A DNA stretch of 61,633 nt, the filler included, from Choristocarpus tenellus KU-1152 (taxonomy: Eukaryota; Protista; Phaeophyceae): NCBI GenBank assembly GCA_964200185.2. It is 11 parts of 11 records of this genome, joined end to end, with 100 filler letters (N's around TTAATTAATTAA, not from the genome) between each part and the next. Parts side by side here need not be neighbours in the genome. Positions count along the whole stretch, not along the records: positions 12,308 to 25,004 come from CAXNAD020001736.1; positions 25,105 to 30,611 come from CAXNAD020010581.1; 9 more parts are not named here. One strand, written 5' to 3'. The translations under genes and the position numbers were made by a program. The notes beneath the pieces are model-generated. The model saw nothing but the letters and a program-made list of their open reading frames with translations, had not been told where the DNA came from and did no database searches. Shown one piece after another: positions 13,046-26,590 of this stretch. Within the stretch, counting starts at the first letter, position 1; every line of letters starts with the position of its first letter.

Positions 13046-16000
13046 AATATTGTGGGTGTGCAGACCTCGTTGTCATCACCGCATCAAACATCAATAATAC
13101 ATCGGCTGACCTAGGCTGGGGCCCTACTTTGTTCTATGGAGGGCCGAACACCGTACCACCACAACATGAACAGCCATACACATGTTTGAATGTGGTGGCA
13201 ACAGCTAGAGGTGAGGAAATTGTTTCACGAGGGAAAAGGGCGAGTTAAGGGTTGTGGTTTCCCGTCGACAAATGTGGGTGCTGAAAGAGTGGAAACTTTC
13301 TTTACTCACTTGAATTGCAACATTTGACTAGATGTGAGATCAATAACTAAGAGTGCTAGGACTTCCAAGCAGCCCTTTACGTTTGGATTCAGAGACTGCC
13401 ACACTTGAAACCCGATGAATAGGGATGAGGATTGCAATAGAGGACTATCCCTTTCGCAAGGGATGTCACTACTGCCCTCCGGCAGACCCAGATGAAACAC
13501 ACAAAGCAGAAGAAATATATATCGGAGAACCCATTCGGTTCATTGTAGCACAATGACTTAATTCAAATGAACAAGGTCAAGGATCAACAACAATCTGCAG
13601 AGAAGAAAGGTGCTATGGTAGGAACAAGAAACTTCCACCACACCCAGAAGAGCTGACCTATGGTTGAAGATATGGATATACTAGAAGCCTTGACAAGTGT
13701 CCCAAGTGCTAGACTCAGAGCTAGTGAAGCCGTTAAGCGGCACTTGGCGCTCCTGTGACTCGAACAACATCGTGGACGACTCTTCTGAGTCTGAAAGATC
13801 ATGTCGCCAGAAAATCACCACCGGCACACAAAGAGGTCGAGTCAATGGGAAAATGCAGAGTCAGAAAGGAGACACGTCCCTGAGGAGAGGAGGAGTAGCG
13901 GTGCAAGGGTTCCATGTAATGTCTACCAAATTAGATAACTCACCTCATGCGAACACAGGGTTAGGGATATTTGAACTACAACAAACAATTTCTGTTATTG
14001 TGTAAGAAGAGTGTAGTAGTTAATTGTTACTGTTTGAAACATCTTCAGCACCACTGTCCTTGTCAACAACCAGATGGAGCAAAAGGGGTCTAATGAGGGC
14101 GAAACCATCCCGCAACTACGTTTCAAGTCATGTCAGCTGGATTCCATCACCTTGTTCTGGTAGAGTTCTCGCTTTCTTGGTGTCCTCCCAAAATGATACG
14201 ATGCAATCTGATGTTCCACTTAACTTGTAGTGTTGTTGCTTGTTGCAGTTCAGGCCAGGGGGATTCAAGTTAGCGACATCAGGGCTCTCTTCTCACACTG
14301 TAATCATCTTTCGTTAGCTATTGAATTGTACTAGTCGTCTCCTTCTACCCTCAGAAGAGTATCAAGAACCTCAACAAAACCCTTTTAGTGCACCATTTTT
14401 TCTACCAAAACGTTCAACACTGTGCCGTTCTTCAATCCTAGAGAGTGACAAACAATGAAGTATAGTGCACTCTAGACGACAACTTTCCAATAGCTTACAA
14501 CAACGGCTTACCCAGTTGTACAAGCAAGGAGGGTGAAGGGGACACGTTTTCGATTCGTACTAGTGGTGATACAACAGGAGAACCGTAGACGCTCATCGCA
14601 TCTCTCTACTCATTTATTTTCTTTTCGGTGGGACAGGGATGCTGTCCCCAACACGGCGTACAGACTGGAGTACCACGACATCCTAGAGGTAGGGGCAATT
14701 GATACAGGCTGGTCGGAGAGACATGTGGAATGGGGTCGAAGATTCTTCGCATGGGGATCAATTTCCAGAGTTTGCAGGGCTGACAAAGATACTCAGAGTT
14801 TCCTTTTCTATATTTAAGATCGTGTCGAGGGTTAAACTGGAGTCAGATCTGCTTCAGATACTGCGCGATATTATTATCTAATCATCAAAATCCATATTGT
14901 GTCTACCTCAAACATCTGCCCCATCTCTTGTCCATCTGTTGCGTTTGGAATGTTTGATGCCAGAAAGACATTATACCTCAGTACTGGACATAGATCTGTG
15001 TAATCTATAGACTCCAGCTTGAAGTTTGACCTGTACATATGGCAGAGATGTCGAGATCAATAGTTGGGACGTCCAATCTGTACTAGAGCAGAAAGAGGAA
15101 TGACTTGTGATTCCTGATGCTATCCATTTGAACAAACTTGGGTTCTAGGAGATTGAACTAAATTCCAGTGCTTAAGTAGAGCGTAGGAAAGCTCTGATAC
15201 CAAGTCCACTGGGGTCCTATAAGACTTGCGCCCTTTTCCAAAGCAACATGTCTCGACAAGATTAGCATGTAGGAGACCCCATGATGCCACGAGAAACACT
15301 TCCGCCAACAGACTAGCCCATATTTTATGAAACCATACATTTCATTCAGTCAATACAGCACATTCATCAGTGAAATTTCTTGCCTCCTTGATCAAGCAGT
15401 TGATATTTCTCATCTTCTCAGCAACAAATCATCAACAAAAATGCCACGGATACTCTGACACTCCTCCATTTTGCTCTCCAAAACCCATTCCCCCCACCAT
15501 CCCATCATCCCTAACCCTAACCCAGAAATCTGTCCGTCTCTGCTGACCACTTACCTCCTGCACTCAAAGGATTGGAGCAACTCTCGATGCGAAGAGGTGA
15601 TCTCGACGACAGAATTGGCGGAAGTAACCATGGAGGGACTGAACCCGTCGTGCTCGTATGTATGTCGACTTTACTGCTCCCCTTCTGGGGCTGGGGCAGA
15701 GGGAAGTAAAGCAGACATAGGGCCTGGACCAGAGATTACTTTCGACACCGAGGGTGAGCCCCAAGCTAGGGTTAGGGTTAGTGTGTCCAGCTTTTCCAGT
15801 TTGATCCTGCGCACTCGCAGTATCAAAGATTGTCACAAAGACTTTCTCCTTTTTGCTGTAGTCTATATAGGTAGTACTACTGTTTTACCATTACTTTTCC
15901 TGTCCCCTGCCCCCCCCCCCCCTCCTGGGCTGAAGCTGCAGTAAGACAGATAGGGGGGAGGGGGTTATATCACAGAAGGTTATATTGTTTTTTCTTTTTC

Positions 16001-17190
16001 TCAAGGTTTATTGGATATGAAAGATCTTCCTCCTCAACGGTGGTGTGATCATGCCTCTTGGGGTTGTTGCATGACACCAGTGTGTGTGTATCTGTGTACA
16101 CGTGCTTGTGTGTGTGGGTGGGTGGGTGGGTGGGTGTTTGTGTGTGTGTATTATCACACATTTTATTTCACAGATGGAATTGAGATGGTTAATAAATAAA
16201 ATAAATAATAAATGTTGCCAAGACACCCCGTCCGCTCTCTCTCTCTCTTTTTCTTTTTCTCCCCTTCTACTCGAGTTGAACAGTATCCGATTTATTTTTT
16301 TTAAGGCTACCTTTAGGTAAGGGCTTGTGATGTATCCACATGCGGATACGGCATTGGGTAGTTCCACGTGTAGATCTTCCCTCCTTCCTCTTCATTTGGT
16401 CATATATTTTTTCCTTTTTTTTCATCTTCGTGGTACAAAAATATTTTTTATATTTTTCACCAGAGACGCTACGCCAAATCGAGTTGTATTGTGTGGGTTT
16501 TGTAATGACTCCTCAAGAAGGCGATGGTTCAGACGGGGCAAGCAGTGTTGAAGTGTTCACAGTTGGTGCAAGGGTTAGGGTATGTAGCATCAACGCAGTT
16601 AGCGTTTTCCATTGGGTTAGAATTAGGTTGGAGGCGTTGAAGCCAGCAGGGGATGTTTGGTAAGAGGTTGGATTCTGGATGTTCAGAGCAGGTACAAGTG
16701 TAGTTACAGTCCAGTACGATGAGACTGTTAAGGACACCAACTACGACATGATGAGCTTAGCTTGCGCCATCATCTATCTGTCCTTCAAGCCATATTGAGA
16801 GAGGAGCAACATCCAAGTCTTGGTTGATATTGTCGGGCCCGTTTATATCTAAGGCCCTGCTCTTTGCGTTTCTGTATCAGAATATCAGAAAAAAATAGTA
16901 TATTTTATGTATTGTTTGGATTGATGCTGTGACCTGATGATGCAAGGCTTGATTTTTTAATGCACACGCCATCTTTGCTTTATGGTGTGTGTTGTAGGTA
17001 TTGACTTCATAGCAGTAGTGTAGAGGACCTGGTATAATGTTAACCGTTTCAGTAGAAGGCAAAGGTTTCTTTGTCGAACTAAATCGTCCGATTTTGGTTA
17101 CACAACGTTGAAGGGATCATAACCTCATTGAAGCCTTTTCTTGAGTCTTTGATGCAACAATTGTTTAGTGTAGCAGCAGCAGGTACATAG

Positions 17191-17226
<36 letters not shown>

Positions 17227-20200
17227 CCAAGTAGCTGCTTTAAAGAGGTCGGAAAATTCAACTGCTGTCATGTTTGAACACTCCGATGTGTTGACTAACA
17301 AGAGCATGCAACTGCTTCGCGAGAGCTTTTTCTAGTACTTGTCCAATCAACCCTCTTCTGTGAGACTTCACAATCATCATTCCAAGTACAATTGTAGGAG
17401 AGTGTCCATTGAGAACACGCATGGGAATCCAACAGTAAAACATTGGACATGCTGTCTACTCCGAATGCTTGGGAATTTGCAGGCAGAGTGGAATAGGTAG
17501 AGGCTAAGGCGTATTTAGCTGAGATTTTAGGTTAACCTCACGATGGGTTTTCGCAATGCCCCCCCAATAGATAGTGAAAAAATGTAATGCACTGTCTGAA
17601 CTGATGCTGGACAGAGGATATACCTCTTCTCCTACTCTCCATACCCAACTAGTTCCCTCCTGCTTATTCCCTAACCCTATTATGACCAATCACTGGTTCC
17701 AGCCGATCCTAGTCCACATCATACCGCACATTCCTAATATCAACTCACTCTTTCGACTTCACCCTCCCCTCCCCCCCTCCCCTTCTGAACTTTGCGTGTA
17801 CTGTACCTCACAGTCGTGTCCTGCACACCCAACCAGAAGTCTTGTTGTGTTGTGGCTTGAGCGAGGGAGGACAGTCCTTTTTTTCATATATATATCACTT
17901 TTTCTTTTTGACCTCGAAGTGGTACAAACAGATGTCTTTACTGCAGTTCGTTCTAACAATTTAGTGCCTTGAGTGAGGTAGTATGAAGAATTATGTATGT
18001 TGTCTTGAGGGTAGGGCTAGGGTCTTGGGATTTTCACACTACTTTCCACATGATACCACCCCTCCAAGGGTGTGGTGACAAAGGGGCTTGTGGTGTACTG
18101 AGTATGTACGGCCCTGAGTGAAGAGATGTTGCATACAGTAAGAGGAATGTTTGCTTGATGCTTAAGTGTGCTGCTGTCCAAAGCAGCACTGAAGGTTAAG
18201 GGGTCAAGGTGGTGTTCTGCCTGAAGCTTTCTATTTTTGAGTACTTCTCATTGTAGTAAAAATTGTCACGATAAAATCGGGGGTTTGATGGGATGCCATA
18301 TGATTAAACAAAATCGAATTGTGGACAGTGTAGGGCAAAGGAGTACTACATTTTGACATTGGTGACTTCTCCCTCCATCTGCAGCCACAACACAGCTCTG
18401 ATCTATGGTATAAATCACCACTCTACAGGAGAGCATAGTGATCAAATCGTCCTACCAATCAAAATTGTCGATTTTTTTTCAGCACTGACTCTCCACGTGC
18501 TGAGTAACACTAAATGGTGTGTGAGTGCTATTGTGTGTGGATAGAAGAAAGGTGGGCATGAAAATACTAGGGAAGAATCAAGGAATTTGAAGTTAGTGGC
18601 ATGGTGTAATAGCAGTAGTGTTTTATATACTAGGTTATTGGAAATGAGGTGGAAGAGTGCTTTTTAGGAGGTCGGATGGCGTGTCTGTACTTCTTGGTCG
18701 CCACAGTCCATCAGGGTTCTTTGAAGTCCTTAAGGTTGGGGTAGGGCACAAGAAAAACAAAAAAAGTGTTGTTGATTTGCCACTGCAATTAATGAGTTTA
18801 GGGGGGGATTAATGTCGATTCCCCCACTCCTTGGCCCGTGTTACAGATTTTGAATGTCCCATATTAAGTGAACCACTCGTGCTCTCAGGCTTCTCATGTG
18901 TATGTGTACTGAATTTTCGTCTACATTTTCGTGGACGGTTGGGTGTTGAGGATGCGGAATTTCTGTCATAGATGAATGGGTGGAGCCGCTATATATGCAG
19001 TGTTTTTCTTCTCCCAGTCTGCATTCTGTGTATGCGTAATTCGTTCCTCCCCACCGCTTGTATTTTATTTGTAGCAAGCACGCAACATGCACCTTTAAAA
19101 CCTAAAGCATACGTTTGCTGTTGATGTAGAATGGTACGCTGTTCCTATTGGATAAGCGATTGATTACACTCCCTACGAAATACGAAGCAGACCTAAAGCT
19201 AGAGGTAATCAATGATGGAGTAGTGATTGTTAGAGTGATATGCTGGATTATTTTTGCACTTCTTGGCAGTTGCCCAAAAAGCTGTGTGTGTGTGTGTGTG
19301 TGGTGGATGTAGCATGTATCACCACCGCTGATCTCTGTGCAGTATATTGTCTCTTGCTTGATGTTTTCGCTTTTGCAGGAAGGATAAAATGTATATTATT
19401 TATGTGTTGTGTGCATCGTGTCCCATACATCGAACATACATATTACTACCAATACTACAACTGCTGCAACCACTACGGCAAGCATTCGCTCATTTGTCTT
19501 GTGAGACGCATGATAATTTTGTGCAGAAAGCATGGATGATAAGTATTTTTCATAGTGACTATTGGTCTTGGACCTGACCCCTCCACTTCTTTCATTCCTC
19601 CAACGTCGTTCTATCTACTACTTGTCCTCTTTCCTAATCTTGCTCTTATAAATTCAACTTTTCTTGTAGTGTTGTTGTTATAAGTAGTTGTGTAAATCGT
19701 AGTAATCATTGTAGAATAAATAATAGAAGTGGCGTAACAAAACACACACGTTCACAAAAGTAAACACTCTGAGTACAGGGTTAGGACAAAACAAAAAAAC
19801 AACAAGGAACATTATTATCAATCCGTGAGTTAGGTACGACAGTACTCAAATTTCTAGCAGAGGGTGCACACGCACAAAACACAAAGGCAGATTAGGACTC
19901 ATTTCAACAACCTCTCCAACAGTGACAAACCTACAGTGTATCCATGAGAAACTTCCGCTTTAATGCCCTCTCAAAGAAGTGAACAGCCAATAACGAAATG
20001 ATGAAGAATGTCGCGCGAGTCTGCATTGGAAATATAGCCAGCGTTTCCCATCGCGCAGAGGTCGATATGAATCAGTCACAGAGTACCGGGGGTAATCCCC
20101 AAACAGAAAAGTCGGGAGGTGTTTCCTAGACATGGATGAAATGATGGAAAATCAGGGTACACGATATCGAAAGCTGTTCTCCAAAATTGGAGATGGCATT

Positions 20201-20526
20201 ATCACTACTTGCTACTTTAGAGTACTTGATAAATTGCTGACAGTGTGAACATGCATCAAGTCTACAGGGGAAGAAACAACATTAGAAAAGATGGCCACGG
20301 CAAATGACACACCTCCGCATTCAAGTTCCATCCCAGGCGTGCTTCTGCCTGACTTCACAAAGCGACTCCACATGTACTGCTTTATGAGACTGCATAACTC
20401 ACAACACTAGTCCTGCAGTCTCGTTCATATGCACATCCTGCTGCTACGAAATACTCCATTACAATACATCAGATCTCAATGGTACAGGTGCTTCATACAT
20501 TGTATTCATCCCCTCCCCAATCTACC

Positions 20527-23459
20527 TCAATAATTACCACCATCAACACCAAAGCACATGTTGCCAGTGTTGCCATCAAAACGATCGGCAGTGACCAGCA
20601 CATTCCAAGCATTGCCAAACTCGTATAAGAACACCTCCTCGTGCATTGCATATTCCTCAACAATGGCCCTGAACTCTGGGTCCCAGATCAAAGCCAAATC
20701 CGAAGGGGTCAAGTAAATATCCTTGCCAACCGCCTTGTACTCTGTGTCAGAAAACTCAGCATCAGCGTCAACAGGCTCCCAAGTCTCGGTGAGCAGCTTC
20801 ACATAGAGGTCATTCGTTAGCATTGATGGGTCAGTGGTGTATGATCCTCTCCAACCAAGTCGAGCCTGCTGGCTTGGACTGCGGAGCCGACCGGCAAGGG
20901 CGACCATCTGACGAGCAGTAAGGCCCATCATCTGCATCCTGTCTCTCACGGCAATGATGATATTGGGGTAGTCCATTCGTGGTTGGGGGACGCTGCCAAC
21001 ACCTTCCTCAGCATCTGAACGACCCACGCAGAAATCTGGCAGGGGTGCTCCTGCCTCCTCAAGGGCGACTTGACCTGCGAGAACGATGAGGTCGGACCAT
21101 GAAATGTTCTTGTGCATCTTTTCCCTGACGGTACCAAGCACTTCCAGCACCTGTATTGATGTAGAGGTAGCAAAATGGCCAGTGGGGTGTTAACAGGAAA
21201 GAGAATGAGCCCCTTTCTAATTGGTCAGTTCTACTCGTCCCTACAATATGTTGTGTCTCAAGACAGAGGATGAGTAAGACTCTTCTTCAACATCTTCGTG
21301 TGTGGGCATGGTAAGAAGTTAGCATTGTGTCTGGAGTATGATCAAACATGAAACGACAAGTGAGAAGGAAATGTCTATGGACGATGATGGGCCAAGTGGC
21401 AAGATTGGTTTTCTGTGGGGGTGAAGTTGGTTCTTTCATTAAGAGGGTTGATAAAATTGTGTACGTAACATGGTCATTTCACAGTTTCGATAGTGATGAT
21501 GAGATTCACACTAGTTTTGTCGAGTGCACCACAAAACTAAGCAATCGTACTATTAATTATCACTTTGGAGTATTATTAGCAACCATACTATTAATTATCA
21601 CTTTTGAATTTTTTGCCCATCTATATTGACGACATACAATCCCAATAAAACTGAAATACGTTTTGGGAACACGCTTTCCTGGAAGAACAATTCGTTGCAC
21701 CCCTACCGACCAAATAGAAACCGTGTAGCCCTGTAGAGCTTAATCATGCTTGAAACTACATGCAATACTGTTATTATACGTGGAAATAGGTAGCTCCATT
21801 GTAGAGAGTCTACGCTGAAAAGCAAGCGAATATATGCAATATGATAGATTTGATAGATGCAGCACAATAGATATTGCACTGTCAGAGCCAAGATGTGATG
21901 GAGTGGATCAGAGTCAAGTGTTAGCACCGTACCTTGTCCATAGCCACATTCTCCTCCCAGTCCTTGGACGGGCTGAAGCGTATCCTGGCACCGTTGCACC
22001 CTCCACTGTAGTCCGTAGCGCGGAAGGTCGAAGCACACTGGTAAGCGAGGTTGACGAAGAGTGCACCATAGTATGGCTTGCCATCGATCCTGTCAGGCTC
22101 CAAGGCGTCGTGAGCAGAGTCGCTGAGAAGAGCCCCGATCAGCTTGCGGGCCTCCCTGGTGTCGATATTCTTAGTGAAAGGAGGGGGGAGGGGGTTCTGG
22201 AAGTCCTGTGGCTCCAGGACATCATCACCGAGGCAACGCTCGACCGGACCCATGTCACGAGTCGTGAGCTTGTACCAAGCGGCGGCGAAGTCGTACTCGA
22301 GGCTCTCGATGTCCTTAGCGTACTCCCTCACAAGCTCCAGGTACGAGTCGTCCACTATTAGCGCAATATCACTGGTCAGCATTATCGTGTCGGGAGGGTC
22401 GACGGTCGTGATGGGGCCGACACTCACTGCATCTGGGTCCGCAGATTCGAGCACGGGCACCCACTGGATATTGCCCGCTGGACTCTCCTCCTTCTCCCAC
22501 ACGAAGTCGAGGAGGTTGGTGAAGTATTTGTTCGTCCACACGGATGGCGTCGTCGTCCACGAACCCTCGAAGCCACTGGTGAAGGTGTTGGGTCCCCTGC
22601 CCATAAGGGGTCCCGATCCGCACAGACCAGGCCATGGGTTGACGGGGTCTTCGGTGGGGTTGGGACCAGGACCAAGGGGACATGCTCCGTGTACCTTGCC
22701 GAACGCATGACCACCTCCAATGAGTGCCACAGTCTCGCGATCGTTCATGCCCATCCGTGCAAAGCTGCTGCGGATGTCAGCGGCGCTGCCGACGGGATCG
22801 GAGTTCCCGAAGGGTCCCGCAGGGTTGACGTAGATGAGACCGAGCGTTGTTGGTCCTAGGGGATCCTCACATGCGCCGTCCTCCGGCAAGCAGGGGGCAA
22901 CCTCCTCCTGTTCCTTGTTGGGTCCGAGCAAGAGACTCTCGTAGCCGTCCGTAGAGTCGATGCGTCCAGCACAAAAACCCATTTTGGGTCCACCCATGCT
23001 CTCGATCGCCGTGTTTCCTGTCAAGATGATCAAGTCCCCCCAGGAGAGGGCATCGCCATACTTGAGCTTGATCGGCCGCAACAAGAGGTTGGCCTTGTCG
23101 AGGTTAGTGTTGTCGTCCCAGCTGCGCTCGGGATTGAAGCGGATGCGTCCGCCGTCGCACCCACCCCGCCCATCGCTGGTCCTGTAGGATCCTGCGCAGT
23201 GCCAAGCATATCGAATGAAGAAGGGACCATAGTTGCCATCGTCGGCAGGCCAGAAGTCCATGGACTCGGTGAGGGCGACTTTGATATCATTCCTCACGGC
23301 ATCGAAGTCAATGGGCTCTGACGGCCCAGCTACTGCGGTACTTTCGAGGAGACGATCAGGGGGAAGGGGTTCGTTAGTGTTGTGACCAAACGGGCAGCCC
23401 GCAGCGTCGCTGCAAGCAAGTCGTGCGAGCACGAGAAGTACGCAAGCCTTTCCAAGCAT
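20527..23459 (-). CDS. katG: Catalase-peroxidase with N-terminal signal peptide, ~716 aa; exons 23459-21933 and 21150-20527
   Basis: Distal FIRYAWH (R/W/H), adduct Tyr in LGLIYVNP, adduct Met in FARMGMND, proximal GGHAFGK, SGFEGSWT and MLTSD, Arg-switch KLTTRDMGP. Duplicated C-terminal domain (ASTFRATDYSGGCNGARIR, ISWSDLIVLAG, LTPSDLAL). A phase-0 intron AAG|GTACGG...CAG|GTG joins MDK to VLEVL. Hydrophobic leader MLGKACVLLVLARLACS. Confidence 0.97.
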
Positions 23460-24724
23460 GACTCGATCTGTCGAAGGCCCAGTGTCGTAGACTTGACAAG
23501 GAGAAGAGTACCTCAGACTAGACGATTGGTTCTCTCTGATTGGGAATTTGTGGTCGTGTGTGTGTCAACCTAGACACCCCTAGATATGTTGGTTATCTAT
23601 TCCACGTAATTGTTGGTCCTTGTTGAGGTCTGTAGATGGTGAAGAAACATTTGAGCAAGTGGTTCGAGGAATATTTTCGTTTGTGTCATGTTTGTTTCCT
23701 TCTTTATTATTTCTTGCTTGGAGATCTTGGAAATTTTGTTGGGAAGGAATAGAACAATAGGTGCTTGAGTATATTCAATGTTTGGGATAGTCACCTTTAT
23801 CAATAATGATATATGCCTTCAAAATACATCCGAAAGTTCTCTGGACTTCTTGAAGGAAACACCTAGCAATATATACCGACTCAAAGTATAGGATATATTA
23901 TATTTGTATGGAATATATGTATATTTATTTTTATGTCCTCTGACACAATATATTGTTGAGGTATGAAATATTTTTGAAAGGTATTTGCGGAGAAATAACA
24001 TCGGTAGAATATCGGTCGAATGGTATGGTCCGATAATGAAGATATGTCACTGTTTTTGTTTAAGTTTACATGGTACTACTAAAAACAAAGTCAAAACTAC
24101 GTAAAATATCCATGCCAAAATGGGGTACTTTGATTACCTAGTAGTTCGAAGAATGTCTCATATATAGATGGATAATGACACCAAGTCGGTCGAATGGGAC
24201 TTTTGTGTGTGGTCGTTCCCTGTCTGTGGTCGTGGCAAGTATTGGAACACCATCAAGTGGGCGTATATTGGTGTTTGGACAAGAGATCTTCAAAGTATAG
24301 CACAGATGACTTTCACGAAATAACCGTATGCGTATTTAAATTATGCTGTTCTGTTCTTCCTCCCATACAAAGCAACACTGCTGTGAGTACTATAAACGAG
24401 GGTATAGCATCACGCTAAACCTCCACCTCTCTCATTTGATGATAAATAACTACTAGTTAGTCGTCGTATTGAAGGTTTATGTACAGGTATCTGCTAGTGA
24501 TACGATATCTGTAGTACACATCCTACAAAGTTCTCTACTCGCTTAGTAGTTGGGCAAGAAAAAAAAGGTGTAGTTTGAAGTAGTAGTTCTATTATTTTGT
24601 TTGATTGAGCTTGAACTGGGTTTTGCTTTTGTGGGTTGTGGAGGCGTGAGGAAGAACTTACAAGGGAATTCGAAGGAAAAGCTTTGTTACATAAAAATGG
24701 AGTATAAATACATTGGAGTGGGAG

Positions 24725-24850
24725 TGTTACAGGCGAATAGCGTGAGCGTTTCTTCTTGTATTTCTACAAAGTTTGAGCATTTGTAACAGGCGAATAGCGC
24801 AAGCATTTTCTCCTCATGTTTTAGGAAATATGAACATTTGTAACAGACAT
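24725..24850. repeat. ~57-bp imperfect tandem repeat (~2.3 units)
   Basis: ACAGGCGAATAGCG...TGAGCATTTGTAACAG recurs head to tail. Confidence 0.7.
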
Positions 24851-25275
24851 ATGGTGTGAAGATTGTTTCTCGAGTTGTGACAAGTGCAAACTATATACGA
24901 TCTTAGTAACACATAGGTTAACCTTACAGAATAAGTGATTTTTTTGAGAAGATGCAGAGTAAGATTCGGAATACTTACGTAACATTACAGAGGAAAATGT
25001 CAAANNNNNNNNNNNNNNNNNNNNNNNNNNNNNNNNNNNNNNNNNNNNTTAATTAATTAANNNNNNNNNNNNNNNNNNNNNNNNNNNNNNNNNNNNNNNN
25101 NNNNTTTAGTGAATTTTTTTCCTTGTTGTGGTATGAGGGTTTGGCCTAAAAATCCCCCCCCTTCCCCCCCCCCCCCCCTCTTCCCCCCCAACTGTGCAAA
25201 TGTTTTCCTCTCATGGGATACTTGGGGGACAATGTGTTTGCATGATACCCTATCGTTTTTTGTTATTTTTTGCAG

Positions 25276-26590
25276 GAGAAGGTGGCAATGAAAATTGCAT
25301 CAGGGCAGCACAGTAGTATTACAACGAAGTCCATCAAGTTCATTTCTGGGCCGGATCCTGAGGCCCTTGCCAGTCAACTCAACATGGTCACGTGAGCATA
25401 TTGGTGATTGGCATGGACAGTTGATTGTGTTTTCTTTTTCTGGACGAGAGTGTGCTGTATCTTTTTTGTGAAATTGTTTTTGTACCCTTTTGCTGGTACA
25501 TGAGCAGTTATTTTTTATTTTATTTTTGTTGTATGTAGTTTGTTTTTTTTCATGTTGCTGTTGCTGTTGCTTTTCTGTGTTTTTGACTTTTTTTGCATTT
25601 TTCGTTAGTCTTTTGGACAGGTTCGTGACGTGAAAGGGTTAATTCATCTCACTGGCGGCAACCCTCTTTTTCTGATGTTCTGACCAAACGTTCAAACAGT
25701 GAGCTCTTGGAAAAATATTTAAAGAAAGTTTTCTAGTAGTCTTTTTTTTCTCAAGAGTTGGTTCAGTTTGCAAGTACTTTTGTGGATTAGAATCACCTCA
25801 AACCTGAAACATTTCATATTTGATAATTGTCCCCCTCTTGCCGGCAGCTTCACGAGCTTTGACCCATCCTCTGCACCCCCCTGCCCTCGCATCTCCTTCC
25901 TTCCCTCCGTGTGTTGACTGACTGCAATGTGGGTGCAGGTCTCAACTTGAGAGGATCCTAGCGCAACAGGGTGATGTGGAGCTCGTGATCTCTCAGAAAA
26001 TGATCAAGGGCAAAGGGTCCTTCCCGCTGCACACGCGAGGTGTATACCATACCGCCTCCCCAGTGTCGGGACAACCGCATGAGCCCCCTGTCCGCAAACA
26101 TGAGATAAATGAGGGAGAGGAGGGACGTGAGCAGTGCAAACGCAAGGAGCAGAGTAAGCCATGCGCTGGGTCCGTCATTACGGTGGCTGCCATAGCACAG
26201 CTACAAGGGCCCCAGAGCGGCCAAGACCGTACGCATGTGTGTCGTACAGGAGAGGAAGATCGAAGGGGAAGGGGTCTTGGGGGGAAGAGGCTTGCATCTG
26301 CCTACAGTTGTAATGGCAGGAGTGTACACCGTGGAGGTCAGACACAGTTCTCAGGGTCTCATGTGGCACCTAGCTCCACAGGGGTGGGGTTGGCGGTGCA
26401 TAATGGAAGAAGGGGTTGTAGTCCTACCAATTGTGATGGATATCGACTCGGTGGTGATAAGTTGGTGTTTGGGGCAATGGCAGGTCTTGATGACAAAGTT
26501 CCTTCTTGCTTGCAGTCATCATCGTCCCCAGGGGACAGGCAGTGTGTTGAGATGGAAGGAGGAGGGGGGTACTCTCTGTCCCGAGATTAA
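25276..26590 (+). CDS. Last two exons (25276-25391, 25939-26590) of an unknown protein with a disordered C-terminus
   Basis: TGCAG|GAG...AC|GTGAG and GCAG|G TCT join in phase 2 to give EKVAMKIASG...LASQLNMVTSQLERILAQQGDVELVISQK..., running into the 204-aa ORF. No family recognised. Confidence 0.6.

Noticed and set aside
14450-15340. Possible copia RT/RNase H remnants (FFAWGSIS; WYQSFPTLYLSTG)
   Set aside because: The motifs are too degenerate and lie on opposite strands; cannot be supported without a profile search.
10509-19539. Many short ORFs with HTHTHT or CVCVCV runs
   Set aside because: They are translations of (CA/GT)n microsatellites and MITEs.
21834-23290. Long overlapping and antisense ORFs (175 aa, 188 aa and others) within katG
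   Set aside because: Shadow ORFs expected from GC-rich codon usage; no recognisable motifs.
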